Assembly: GCA_963845565.1 (NCBI GenBank)
Contig: CAWJSJ010000002.1
Coordinates: 1,184,001-1,248,000 of the forward strand
Length of the DNA: 64,000 nucleotides
Source of the DNA: an uncultured Methylomirabilota bacterium
Lineage (GTDB): Bacteria; Methylomirabilota; Methylomirabilia; Methylomirabilales; 2-02-FULL-66-22
Direction of reading: 5' to 3'
The notes beneath the pieces are model-generated. The model ran no database searches. It was not told the origin of the DNA and was given only the letters and a program-made list of their open reading frames with translations. The translations under genes were made by a program, and so were the position numbers. Shown here one piece after another: positions 49,701-58,863 of the stretch; the first letter of the stretch is position 1, and the number at the start of each line of letters is the position of its first letter.

Positions 49701-49826
49701 CAGGTTGCTCAAAAAGGCCCAGATGCAAGGCGGAACGTGATCCGAGGGCCGAGGCGTACTGAGTCCGTACGCCGCAGGACCGCGGGAGCGTTCCAGCGCA
49801 GCAGATGGGCGCTTTTGAGCAGCCTG
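49701..49826 (-). mobile_element. palindromic MITE-like repeat, copy E (most divergent)
   Basis: CAGGTTGCTCAAAAAGGCCCAGATGC...GCAGATGGGCGCTTTTGAGCAGCCTG between citC and citD. Confidence 0.85.
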
Positions 49827-49840
49827 AAGGACGGTAGCCG

Positions 49841-50104
49841 ATGCAGATCAAACGAAAAGCCACCGCGGGGACGTCCCAGTCGAGCGATCTCATGGTCGTC
49901 GTCGAGCCGTCGGACACCCTGCGGATCGAAATCGAGTCGACCGTCAAGAAGCAGTACGAACACCTGATCCGCGCCCGGATCCAGGAGCCGCTGGCACGCC
50001 TGGGGGTCACCGCCGCGCGGATCAGGGTGAACGACCGCGGGGCGCTGGACTACGCCATCGACGCGCGCGTCGAAGCGGCCCTGCGCCGGGCGGCGGAGGA
50101 ATAG
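49841..50104 (+). CDS. citD: citrate lyase acyl carrier protein (gamma)
   Basis: AGTSQSSD prosthetic-group Ser motif, DRGALD. Confidence 0.93.
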   Translation: MQIKRKATAGTSQSSDLMVVVEPSDTLRIEIESTVKKQYEHLIRARIQEPLARLGVTAARIRVNDRGALDYAIDARVEAALRRAAEE

Positions 50105-50107
50105 ACC

Positions 50108-50578
50108 GTGGACAAGCTGCGATATCGTGAGTGCCAGCAGAGCCGGCGCTTCATCATCACCGTCCCGCCCGGCGCCAAGCTGGTGGAGGAACTCCGGGGT
50201 TTTGCGCGCGCCGTGGAGTTGACGATGGCCGCCATGGTGTCCGCGGTGGGTTCGATCCGCAACCTCACATTCACGGACATTCAAATGGGGGCCCACCTTC
50301 CGATCACGGAGCCGCGCCTCCGCCACCACCAGGTCGAAGGGCCGCTGGGACTGCTCGGCATCGAAGGCAACCTGGTGGCAAGTGACGGAGGGGAGGTGGC
50401 CGCTCACCTCCACATCATTGCCGCGAAATCCTCGGGCGAGGTCATCGGAGGAGGTCTGGTCGAGGCGGAGGTTTTCGCCTCGTGCGAGATCGTGCTCACG
50501 GAGTATGTGGTCGAAGGCGTCGAGCGCCATCACTCGACCGTGAGCGGGGTTGACACGCTCACCTTCCAAGAGACGTGA
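50108..50578 (+). CDS. PPC/DUF296 domain protein
   Basis: SAVGSI, GNL, HLH, VIGG, FASCEIVL. Confidence 0.8.
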   Translation: MDKLRYRECQQSRRFIITVPPGAKLVEELRGFARAVELTMAAMVSAVGSIRNLTFTDIQMGAHLPITEPRLRHHQVEGPLGLLGIEGNLVASDGGEVAAHLHIIAAKSSGEVIGGGLVEAEVFASCEIVLTEYVVEGVERHHSTVSGVDTLTFQET

Positions 50579-50580
50579 CT

Positions 50581-51504
50581 ATGCAGACAGAGATGCGGCT
50601 TCGGCGGTCGCTGTTGTACGTGCCCGGGAACATGCCGGGCATGCTGCAGAACATCCCGGTGTTCGACGCGGACGTCGTGGTGATCGATCTGGAAGACGCC
50701 GTGCCGCTCTCCGAGAAGGACGCCGGGAGGATTCTCGCGCGCAACTTCCTGCGGCTGTCGCGGGACCGGCGCAATGAGCTGTACGTGCGGATTAACCCGC
50801 TGGACACCCCCTACGCGATGGCGGACCTGGCGGAGATCCTGCCGGCCCTCCCCGACGGGATACGCCTGCCGAAGGCCGACCACCCGGACGTGGTCGAACG
50901 CCTCGACACCATGCTGACCGAGCACGAAGAGCAGCTAGGGATCGAAGTCGGGTCCTTCAAGATCCTCCCCTCCATCGAGAGCGCCACCGGGCTCCTGCAC
51001 TGCGTGGAAACCGCCACGGCATCGAGCCGTCTGGTGGCTTTGGCGTTCGGCGCCGAGGACTACACGGCGTCCATGGAGATCGACCGGACCAAGACCGGGG
51101 AGGAGCTTTTCCATGCACGCACTCTGGTCGCGTGGGCGGCCAAGGCCGCGGGTCTGCAGGTCATCGACTCGATCTTCCCCGACGCGAACGATATGGATGG
51201 GCTCCGGGCGGAGACCGAGCTGGTCAAGCGCCTCGGCTACACGGGCAAGTCCTTGGTGAATCCTCGCCAGATCGAAGTCGTCCACGAGGTCTTTCGCCCC
51301 AAGCCCGAGGAAGTGGCGCATGCGCTCGAAGTCATGGAGGCCATCCAGCGGGCGCGGGAGATGGGCACGGGGGTCATCTCGCTGCGGGGCAGGATGGTCG
51401 ATGCCCCGGTGGTGAAAAGGGCGGCCCGCACGCTCAAGACGGCGGTGGCGTTCGGCATGATCGAGTACGAGCTGACCGACGAGGTGATCCATGGCACGAA
51501 ATAG
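50581..51504 (+). CDS. citE: citrate lyase beta subunit (citryl-ACP lyase)
   Basis: RRSLLYVPG, DLEDAV, VRIN, FGAEDY, GRMVDAPV. Confidence 0.93.
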   Translation: MQTEMRLRRSLLYVPGNMPGMLQNIPVFDADVVVIDLEDAVPLSEKDAGRILARNFLRLSRDRRNELYVRINPLDTPYAMADLAEILPALPDGIRLPKADHPDVVERLDTMLTEHEEQLGIEVGSFKILPSIESATGLLHCVETATASSRLVALAFGAEDYTASMEIDRTKTGEELFHARTLVAWAAKAAGLQVIDSIFPDANDMDGLRAETELVKRLGYTGKSLVNPRQIEVVHEVFRPKPEEVAHALEVMEAIQRAREMGTGVISLRGRMVDAPVVKRAARTLKTAVAFGMIEYELTDEVIHGTK

Positions 51505-53029
51505 CCTCGGCCGAGAGATCCCCGAACGGTGGCACGGGAGACGGCTCGATCCCTACCGAGATCCCTGGTCGAGGAAGCCCGACGTGGACCGCGCCACACG
51601 CCCGCTGGTGCGCCGCAATCCCGGCGAGGGCAAGCTCCTGTCGTCGCTCCGCGAGGCCATCGAGAAGTGCGAGCCCCACGACGGTATGACGATTGCGACG
51701 CACCACCATCTGCGGAACGGCGATGTGCTGCTCAATCTGCTGGTCAAGGAGTTGGACGCCCTCGGGATCCGGGACGTGGGCATCGCCTCCAGCTCGGTCC
51801 ACCCCGTGCACGCGGAGTTGATCCCGTACATCCGCAAGGGGGTAGTCACGCGCATCGAGACCGGGGTCAACGGACTGATCGGGGAACTGGCGAGCAAGGG
51901 CGAACTGGAATGCCCAATCGTGGTCCGAAGCCACGGCGGGCGCGCCCGGTCGCTCGTCACGGGCGAGGTGGTGGTCGACGCCGCCTTCATTGCGGCCCCA
52001 TGCTGCGATCTGACGGGCAACCTCAACGGTATGCGCGGCCCATCGGCCTGCGGCAGCCTCGGCTACGCGTATACCGACGCGCGCTACGCGCGGAAGGTCG
52101 TTGCGGTCACCGACAACCTGGTTCGCTACCCGGCGGCGCCCGTCAGCATCTCACAGAGCGACGTGGACTGGGTGGTCCGGATCGACACACTAGGCGACCC
52201 CAAGAAGATCGTCTCGACGACCACGCGCATCACCCGCGATCCGGCCGGCCTCCAGATCGCCCGGTACGCCGCGGAGGTCATCGACGCCGCCGGCCTCCTG
52301 CGGGACGACTTCTCGTTCCAGACGGGGTCGGGCGGGATCTCCCTGGCTGTGGCCGACAACGTCAAGCGGAAGATGGCCGAGAAGAAGATCAAGGGAAGCT
52401 TCGGCTGCGGGGGCATCACCGGCTACTTCGTGGACATGCTCGAGGAAGGCTTTTTCGACACCTTGTTCGATGTGCAATGCTTCGATCTGCGCGCGGTGGA
52501 GTCCATCGGGCGAAACCTGAACCACCGCGAAATCAGCGCCGACCTGTACGCCAACCCGTTCAATCGCGGGTCGGTGGTCAACATGCTGGACTGCGTGATC
52601 CTCTCGGCCACCGAGATCGACGTCGACTTCAACGTCAACGTCAACACCGAGTCCAGCGGCCTTCTGCTGCACAACACCGGCGGCCACTGCGATACGGCGG
52701 CGGGGGCCAAACTTGCCATCGTGGTGGCGCCGAGCATCCGCGGTCGCCTGCCCATCATCCGAGAGTCGGTCACGAGCATCACCACACCGGGCGAGACGGT
52801 GGACGTGGTCGTGACCGAGCGGGGCATCGCCGTCGCCGATCGCCATCCGGAGCTGATCAAGGAACTCCTCCGTCGGAGGCTTCCGGTCAAGGATATCCGC
52901 CAGCTCCATGCGGACATCTGCGCCATCACAGGGGTCCCTCAGCCGATCGAGTTCGCGGACAAGATCGTCGCCGTCATCGAGTATCGGGACGGCTCTATCA
53001 TCGATGTCGTGCGCCAGATCAGGGAATGA
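51491..53029 (+). CDS. citF: citrate lyase alpha subunit (ACP transferase)
   Basis: HHHLRNGD, RSHGGR, CGSLGY, FQTGSGG, GGHCDTAAG, TPGETVDV. Confidence 0.95.
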   Translation: MARNSLGREIPERWHGRRLDPYRDPWSRKPDVDRATRPLVRRNPGEGKLLSSLREAIEKCEPHDGMTIATHHHLRNGDVLLNLLVKELDALGIRDVGIASSSVHPVHAELIPYIRKGVVTRIETGVNGLIGELASKGELECPIVVRSHGGRARSLVTGEVVVDAAFIAAPCCDLTGNLNGMRGPSACGSLGYAYTDARYARKVVAVTDNLVRYPAAPVSISQSDVDWVVRIDTLGDPKKIVSTTTRITRDPAGLQIARYAAEVIDAAGLLRDDFSFQTGSGGISLAVADNVKRKMAEKKIKGSFGCGGITGYFVDMLEEGFFDTLFDVQCFDLRAVESIGRNLNHREISADLYANPFNRGSVVNMLDCVILSATEIDVDFNVNVNTESSGLLLHNTGGHCDTAAGAKLAIVVAPSIRGRLPIIRESVTSITTPGETVDVVVTERGIAVADRHPELIKELLRRRLPVKDIRQLHADICAITGVPQPIEFADKIVAVIEYRDGSIIDVVRQIRE

Positions 53030-53522
53030 CTATCTTGCCGCGCGCGACGCGCGGCACGAGCACGTCCTCGCCGCGTGCCGACTGGCTCGCGAGATGCGAG
53101 CGGGCGCGGTTATCGTCGTGAGCGTGAATATCCCCGGGCCGGACAAAAATCGTCCGGGGTTGGAGACGCTGGTACGGCGAAGCGCGGCCGCGCTCCATGC
53201 CGGCGGGGTGCACCAGACGGCGACGGTGGCCGGCACCGACCTCCTCGGCCCGTATCGAGTCCTCGTCGCGTCCGAACCGGCTTCGAAGGTCAAGACGGTG
53301 ACGGTTGCGCTGGAACGGGAGCTACCGGGGGGGCGGGTGCTGGATCTGGACGTCCTGACGTCCGATGGCGAGCCCGTGGACCGACGGAGCCTCGGACTCG
53401 AGCCGCGGTGCTGTTATGTGTGTGATCGACCGGCCCGCGAGTGCATCCTGCTCGCCCGACATCCCCTTGCGGAGCTTCTCGCCGCGGTGGATTCCCATCT
53501 CGCCTTGGCCCACGCTCCGTAA
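53026..53522 (+). CDS. citX: apo-citrate lyase phosphoribosyl-dephospho-CoA transferase (1-bp shift just after ATG)
   Basis: LAARDAR, NIPGPDK, GRVLDLDV, PRCCYVCDRPARECI; adding one C gives ATG ACT ATC CTT GCC. Confidence 0.85.
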
Positions 53523-54360
53523 GCTGGCGCGAAGCCTTGCGCTTGGCGCACGTCGCGAGCTGGATCTCACACCCAAGCCGGGGTTGGTGGACCGCGACGA
53601 CAACGGGTCCCATCCCGACCTGACCTACGCCCAGATGCGCGCCTCGGTACGCCTGCTGCCGGAATACTACGCCGACCTGATCGCGCGACTTCGAGCCGGT
53701 TCCCCTTTTGCCTCCTGCATTGAAGCCGGGCGTCTGGCCGAGGCCAGAATGCTCGCCCGGGTGGGCGGCAATACCCATCGGGGCTATATTTTTCTCTCGG
53801 GACTGACGCTCGTCGCGACACACCGAGCGCAGGGCGTGCTCGGACGGCTGGGAAGCGCCGTGGCCGACGCGGCCAAGGAATTCTTCTGCGCCGCGCCGAT
53901 GGGGAACTCGCACGGCAGCCGGGCAAGCCACGCCTTCGGCGTCGGCGGAATCCGCCGGGAAGCCGAGGTCGGGCTCCCCTCGGTGTTCGAGGCGGCGTGG
54001 CCCTGCTATGCGAGTAGCCTGCAGCGGGACGGAGATCGGACGCGGGCCGAGTACTACGCCATGGCCTCGCTGATGCAGCGCCTCGAGGATACGACCGCGC
54101 TCCACCGCTGCGGGCCGGCGGGTCTCGACCGCGTCCGGGCAGACGGCCGGGAGCTTCAGACGCTGCTGGATGGAGGGAGCGACCCGCGCGCGTTTCTCCG
54201 ACTGCGCAATGCAGCGTATCGACGGGTGGGGCTGACGATGGGGGGCGTGGCCGACTGCCTGGCCCTCACCATGGCATTGCAGCACTGCTTCGGCGGAGGA
54301 CCAGCGCTCAGAAGACCCGCCGCCGCGAGCGAACGGCCAGGTGTGGCATCCGACAGGTAG
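53500..54360 (+). CDS. citG: triphosphoribosyl-dephospho-CoA synthase (start unresolved)
   Basis: ELDLTPKPGLVD, NTHRGYIF, GGIRRE, DTTALHRCG, GGVAD. Confidence 0.88.
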   Translation, partial: SPWPTLRKLARSLALGARRELDLTPKPGLVDRDDNGSHPDLTYAQMRASVRLLPEYYADLIARLRAGSPFASCIEAGRLAEARMLARVGGNTHRGYIFLSGLTLVATHRAQGVLGRLGSAVADAAKEFFCAAPMGNSHGSRASHAFGVGGIRREAEVGLPSVFEAAWPCYASSLQRDGDRTRAEYYAMASLMQRLEDTTALHRCGPAGLDRVRADGRELQTLLDGGSDPRAFLRLRNAAYRRVGLTMGGVADCLALTMALQHCFGGGPALRRPAAASERPGVASDR

Positions 54361-54374
54361 CGCGCAGAATTCTC

Positions 54375-55232
54375 CTACCCCTTCACCGCCCCCCGCGCCA
54401 GCCCTTCCACGTAGAACCGCTGCAGGAACAGGTACAGGACAATCGTCGGGAGGCTTCCGATGAGGGAGGCGGCCGTCAGCATCGGCCACTGGATCACGAA
54501 TTCGCCGACGAGGAACGCAACCGCCAGGGTCACGGTTCGCTTCTCGTCGATGGACACGAGACAGAGGGCCCAGAGCAGGTCCTGCCAGGCGAGCAGGAAC
54601 GCGAAGAGCAGTGTCGAGACGGTGCCCGGGACTGCGACCGGGCAGATAATCCGAAAAAAGATCTGGAGCCGCGAGGCGCCATCCACCAGACCGGCCTCGT
54701 CCAGTTCCTTGGGAATGGAATCGAAATAACCCTTGGACATCCATGCGGCGAACGGCAAGCAGATCGTCACATAGGCGATGATCAACCCGGTGAGCGTATT
54801 GTATAGGTCGAGTGCCGCAAGGATCTGGAAGTAGGGGCCGATGACCAAGACGCCCGAGATCATCTGGGTTGCCAAGAAGAACGCGAGCAGGCTGGTCCGG
54901 CCACGGAACTGGAAGCGGGAAAATCCGTACCCGGCCAGGGCGCCCACCACTGTCGAGAGAACAGCGGTCACGCCCGAGACCACCATGCTGTTCCAGAAGT
55001 AGAGCGCGAAGGGCTTCAGCGTCCACATCTCGCTGTACGCTTGGAGCGTGAACTGCTTCGGGATCAAGCGTACGGGCAGGCTCAACGCCTCCGCCTCGCT
55101 CTTGAAGGAGGTGGAAAGCATGAAGACGAAGGGAAAGATCGCGAACGCAGCGCACAGGGCGAGAAGACTGTAGGAGACCACGGCGTCAACCCGCCGCTCC
55201 CGTTGCTCGGATGACAACGTCGTGCTCTTCAT
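54375..55232 (-). CDS. carbohydrate ABC permease (CUT1)
   Basis: IPKELDEAGLVDGA EAA loop. Confidence 0.92.
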   Translation of the reverse strand: MKSTTLSSEQRERRVDAVVSYSLLALCAAFAIFPFVFMLSTSFKSEAEALSLPVRLIPKQFTLQAYSEMWTLKPFALYFWNSMVVSGVTAVLSTVVGALAGYGFSRFQFRGRTSLLAFFLATQMISGVLVIGPYFQILAALDLYNTLTGLIIAYVTICLPFAAWMSKGYFDSIPKELDEAGLVDGASRLQIFFRIICPVAVPGTVSTLLFAFLLAWQDLLWALCLVSIDEKRTVTLAVAFLVGEFVIQWPMLTAASLIGSLPTIVLYLFLQRFYVEGLARGAVKG

Positions 55233-56104
55233 CGCTCCCTCCCCACGAGAATGATGTAGGGCAGGCTTAAGATGAAGAGGACCACGCTCATGAGAATGGC
55301 CATGGCCGAGGCATATTCGAAAGTGAAGAACTGAAAGTAGGTCTTGTACACCAAGGTAGAGAGGACCTCGGTCAAGGTCCCAGGACCGCCGCCTGTCATG
55401 GCGACGACCAGGGCGAACCGACGGAACTCCCAGACCATGTCCAGTGCCAGGGCGATGATGATGATGGTACTGAGGCCGGGAAGCGTGATGTGAAAGAACC
55501 GCCTCAGCTTCCCCGCCCCGTCCACGGCGGCCGCCTCGTACAGTTCTCGGGGAATGGCCATGAGTCCCGCCAGGAGCATCACCATCACCAGGGGATAGCC
55601 GCGCCACACATTGGCGATGATCACGGACGGGAAGGCGAGAGTAGGGCTGGAGAGCCACTGGAACTCGGCGGGAAAGCTCGGGAGAATCATGCGGATCAGC
55701 GGGTTCATCGCGCCGTGGATGGGGTTCAGGACCCAGCGAAAAAGGATACCGGCCACCACGTCGGGGATCGTCCAGGGGATGAGAGCCACCAGTCGGAAGA
55801 ACGTCTGGCCGGGGAGCGCCTGGTTCAGCGCAAGCGCCAGGCCGAGACCCAGGACGAAATGACCGGCCAGGCTCCAGGCGACGAAGGCAACGGTGTTCTT
55901 GAAGGTCTGCCACAGCACCGGGTCGCGGAACGCCTTCTGATAATGGGTCAGAGTGAGGTTCCAGCCGCTGCCCCCTTCGGGGGTGATGCTCGCCTTGAGG
56001 GTGATGAACGCCGGGAAAATCAGGACGGCAGCCAGCATCAATGTGGCAGGCAAGACGAAGAAGTACCCGAGGTGGCGATCGTGCCAGGCATGGCCTGAAC
56101 GCAT
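55229..56104 (-). CDS. carbohydrate ABC permease (CUT1)
   Basis: IPRELYEAAAVDGA, MTGGGP. Confidence 0.92.
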   Translation of the reverse strand: MRSGHAWHDRHLGYFFVLPATLMLAAVLIFPAFITLKASITPEGGSGWNLTLTHYQKAFRDPVLWQTFKNTVAFVAWSLAGHFVLGLGLALALNQALPGQTFFRLVALIPWTIPDVVAGILFRWVLNPIHGAMNPLIRMILPSFPAEFQWLSSPTLAFPSVIIANVWRGYPLVMVMLLAGLMAIPRELYEAAAVDGAGKLRRFFHITLPGLSTIIIIALALDMVWEFRRFALVVAMTGGGPGTLTEVLSTLVYKTYFQFFTFEYASAMAILMSVVLFILSLPYIILVGRER

Positions 56105-56125
56105 CGTAAGCTCCCGCCATCAGAC

Positions 56126-56165
56126 AACGAGCCAGGGGGGAAGAATTATTCCCCCCTGGCTCGTT
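56126..56165 (-). terminator. 17-bp hairpin after the SBP gene (terminator or mRNA stabiliser)
   Basis: AACGAGCCAGGGGGGAA...TTCCCCCCTGGCTCGTT. Confidence 0.6.
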
Positions 56166-56189
56166 CGGAGTCAACAGGGAAGGGAACGA

Positions 56190-57476
56190 TTACTGACCGC
56201 TGAGGGTTCGATTGGCCGACGCGTGGGCGTCTTTCAGGGCCTGCTCGGGAGTCTTCTGGCCCGAGAACGCCTCTTGCACAGCCGTGATCACGGCGTCACC
56301 GATCTTCGGCCATTCGGGAATCCGCGGCTCGAGCTTCGCGAACGGGGCCTGGGCCGAATAGACCTTGGCGAACTTGTCATTCTGCATCGCGGGACCGTTC
56401 TTGACGTCCAGCCGCGCGGATAGGACGGCGGCGATCTGGAAGTTCCGCAGCTGGATGTCGTGGCCGTACCAGTACTTGTACACCTTCCAGGCCGCCTCGG
56501 GGTTCTTGGTGGAGGCGCTGATGACGCGCATCCCGTACTCGGCCGCGGTCACCTTCTTCTTGGGGCCCGCCGGGACCGGCACAGCGGTCAGCGTCTCGGT
56601 CACCTTCATGTTGGGGTTGATGGCCTGTACGATCTTCCACGCCTGGGGCACCGAGATGTTCATGGAAACCTTCTCATGCGCGACCTGCGTCCGGACCTCC
56701 TGCGCCCCTTGTTCGATCACGCCCGGCGGCACCACCTTGTGCTTGGTGAACAGCTCCACGTAGAACTTGAAGCCCTCGAGAAATTCCGGGGTGTCCATGG
56801 CAGAGCGCTTGCCGTCCGCCGTGAGGAACTCGCCGCCCGCGCCCCAGATGAACGGGTTGAGGCGCATGAAGAGGCCCTCCTGGCGGGCGCCGATGAGGCC
56901 GATGCCGTACCGGGAGCCGGTCGTCAGTTTCTTGGAGTACTCCACGAGCTGATCCCACGTGGCTGGCGGTTTGGTGGGATCCAGCCCGACCTCCCTGTAG
57001 TGATTCATGTTAATGAGCATCCCCATGGGGTTCACGAAGTCGGGGAGGCAGTAGATCTTCCCCTTGTACTTGCAAACCTCCAGGGCGGCCTGGTCGTACT
57101 GGGCGAGGAACTTCTGGCCGCCTTCTTTCTCGATGAAGGGGTCGAGGGCCAAGAGGTAGCCCCGCTCCGCGAACATGGGGATGGGCCGGTGCTGGAAGTG
57201 CGCGATATCGGCGGCTGCCTTGGCCTGCGAGGTGGCCGTGTAGACGGTCTCCTTGTCGGCGTAGCGGCTCTCGTCGCGGACGACCTCGATCCCGGGGTTC
57301 GCCTTGTTGAAATCATCCTTGAACGCATCCAGAGCATTGACCCAGGGCTTCTCGCCCCAGTGCCAGGTCTGGAACCGGATCTTGACGTTTTCCCCCGCCG
57401 CCGCCGGGCTGGCGATCACAACGGCGAACCCAAGGATCAGCGCCCCGACGATCCACCGTCGACTACGACGTGCCAT
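56190..57476 (-). CDS. carbohydrate ABC substrate-binding protein
   Basis: signal peptide, FNKANPGIEV, PPATWDQL, NPEAAW, KTPEQALKD; AGGAGG RBS. Confidence 0.92.
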   Translation of the reverse strand: MARRSRRWIVGALILGFAVVIASPAAAGENVKIRFQTWHWGEKPWVNALDAFKDDFNKANPGIEVVRDESRYADKETVYTATSQAKAAADIAHFQHRPIPMFAERGYLLALDPFIEKEGGQKFLAQYDQAALEVCKYKGKIYCLPDFVNPMGMLINMNHYREVGLDPTKPPATWDQLVEYSKKLTTGSRYGIGLIGARQEGLFMRLNPFIWGAGGEFLTADGKRSAMDTPEFLEGFKFYVELFTKHKVVPPGVIEQGAQEVRTQVAHEKVSMNISVPQAWKIVQAINPNMKVTETLTAVPVPAGPKKKVTAAEYGMRVISASTKNPEAAWKVYKYWYGHDIQLRNFQIAAVLSARLDVKNGPAMQNDKFAKVYSAQAPFAKLEPRIPEWPKIGDAVITAVQEAFSGQKTPEQALKDAHASANRTLSGQ

Positions 57477-57713
57477 GACACACCTCCTGTTTCGCTGAGA
57501 TATCATTTCCACACGCGGGCGCGACCTGCGCCCATCCGATTCGAGCATCTGAGAGATACCGCTTTCGGTTCCAGGCTGTCAAGCCAATCCGCAGGGGCAG
57601 GCATCTGATGCCCACCCTGGCGGACCATACGCGCCGTCACTCCCGCATCCCAGAGACGGACGCGCCCTCGCGACGGCAATGGCCACGTCGGCCGCTCGTT
57701 CCGAAATTATCGC

Positions 57714-57780
57714 TTGACAGCGGCAAAGCGTCCGAGGTACCAATTCTCCACAATGTAAACATAGTTCCATATGTGGAACT
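57714..57780 (+). promoter_or_regulatory. TTGACA promoter and IclR-type operators
   Basis: AGTTCCATATGTGGAACT palindrome preceded by weaker TTCTCCACAATGTAAAC. Confidence 0.6.
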
Positions 57781-57836
57781 GTGTCGCCGCGCGATCCGCG
57801 ACGTCTCGCTCGACCCGGACACGGGAGCCCACCGTC

Positions 57837-58675
57837 ATGAGCAGTGTCGTCAAGGTCTTCCACATCCTCGAGACCATCGTCTCCCACCAGGAGCGCGGCC
57901 TGGCCTATTCCGAGGTGGTGGCCAAGACGCAACTGCCCAAGGCTACCACCCATCGGGTCCTCAAGTCCTTGGTCGAGATGGGGTACGTCCGGTTCAACGC
58001 CGAGGCCGGGCGGTACTCCGGCGACCTCAAGCTGGCGTTGCTTGGCTCCGCGGTGACGTCCCACTTCACGCTGAAGGATTTCGTCCGGCCGCACCTCCGC
58101 GCGCTGCAGGCCGAGACCGGGCATACCTGCAATCTCGGCGTCCTCGACGGGGATGCCGGGGTCTATCTGGACAAGCTCGAATCGCCCGAGGCGTTCCGCG
58201 TCCGGCTCTATTCCGACATCGGAAAGCGGTTTCCGCTCCATTGCACGGGTATGGGGAAGATCCTGTTGGCGGGGATGCGCCCGGCGGAGGCGAGCAGGAT
58301 TCTCGCGCGCCGGCTCAAGGTGTTCACGCCCCACACCATCACCGATCCGGTCACGCTCAAGCGCGAACTGGATCGGGTGCGACGCTGCGGGTATGCACTG
58401 GATCGGGAAGAGATCACGCGCGGGAATCGTGTGCATCGCGGCGCCGATCCGGAATCCGGATGGGGAGACGGTGGCGGCCATCAGCGTCGCGTTTCCCGTC
58501 TATATCAGCCGCGAGCGCGGAATGCGCGACGACATTCGTGTCCGTGACCAGATGTGCGACCGCGATCACGGCGGCGCTCCAGGGATCGGGGGCGTCGGCC
58601 CACGGTCGGGCGGTAGCGCACGACCAGTCGGACCGCGCGTCAACCGCAGCACGGCTGATCCGGCGCCCCGGGTGA
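57837..58675 (+). CDS. IclR family regulator (frameshifts near 58425 and 58540)
   Basis: HTH LPKATTHRVL, HCTGMGKILLA, GYALDREE; CIAAPI...AAISV continue in another frame. Confidence 0.85.
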
Positions 58676-58863
58676 GTGTTCGGGAGGATAGCGCGGGAAA
58701 CGGTCTGCGGTGTTCGTACACCGCAGCGAGGCCGTTCGGCGACATGGTGGCGGCCGGCGGATTCGGGCTCGCGAGTTGCGTGGTCGAGGGGAATCAACCG
58801 CCCCGGTTTCGACGGATGCCGGGGCTCTCAGTGGCTCGAACGCAAGAGCCAAAGGAGGCAGCG

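Noticed and set aside
1552..49826. Repeat family as a CRISPR array or integron attC cassettes
   Set aside because: Copies are dispersed kilobases apart in both orientations, with no spacers, cas genes or integrase, and no RYYYAAC/GTTRRRY ends.
29578..55155. Long antisense or overlapping ORFs (e.g. 29578-31461, 37921-39669, 53290-55155)
   Set aside because: These are typical stop-poor shadow frames in high-GC DNA, Arg/Pro/Gly-rich and without recognisable motifs.
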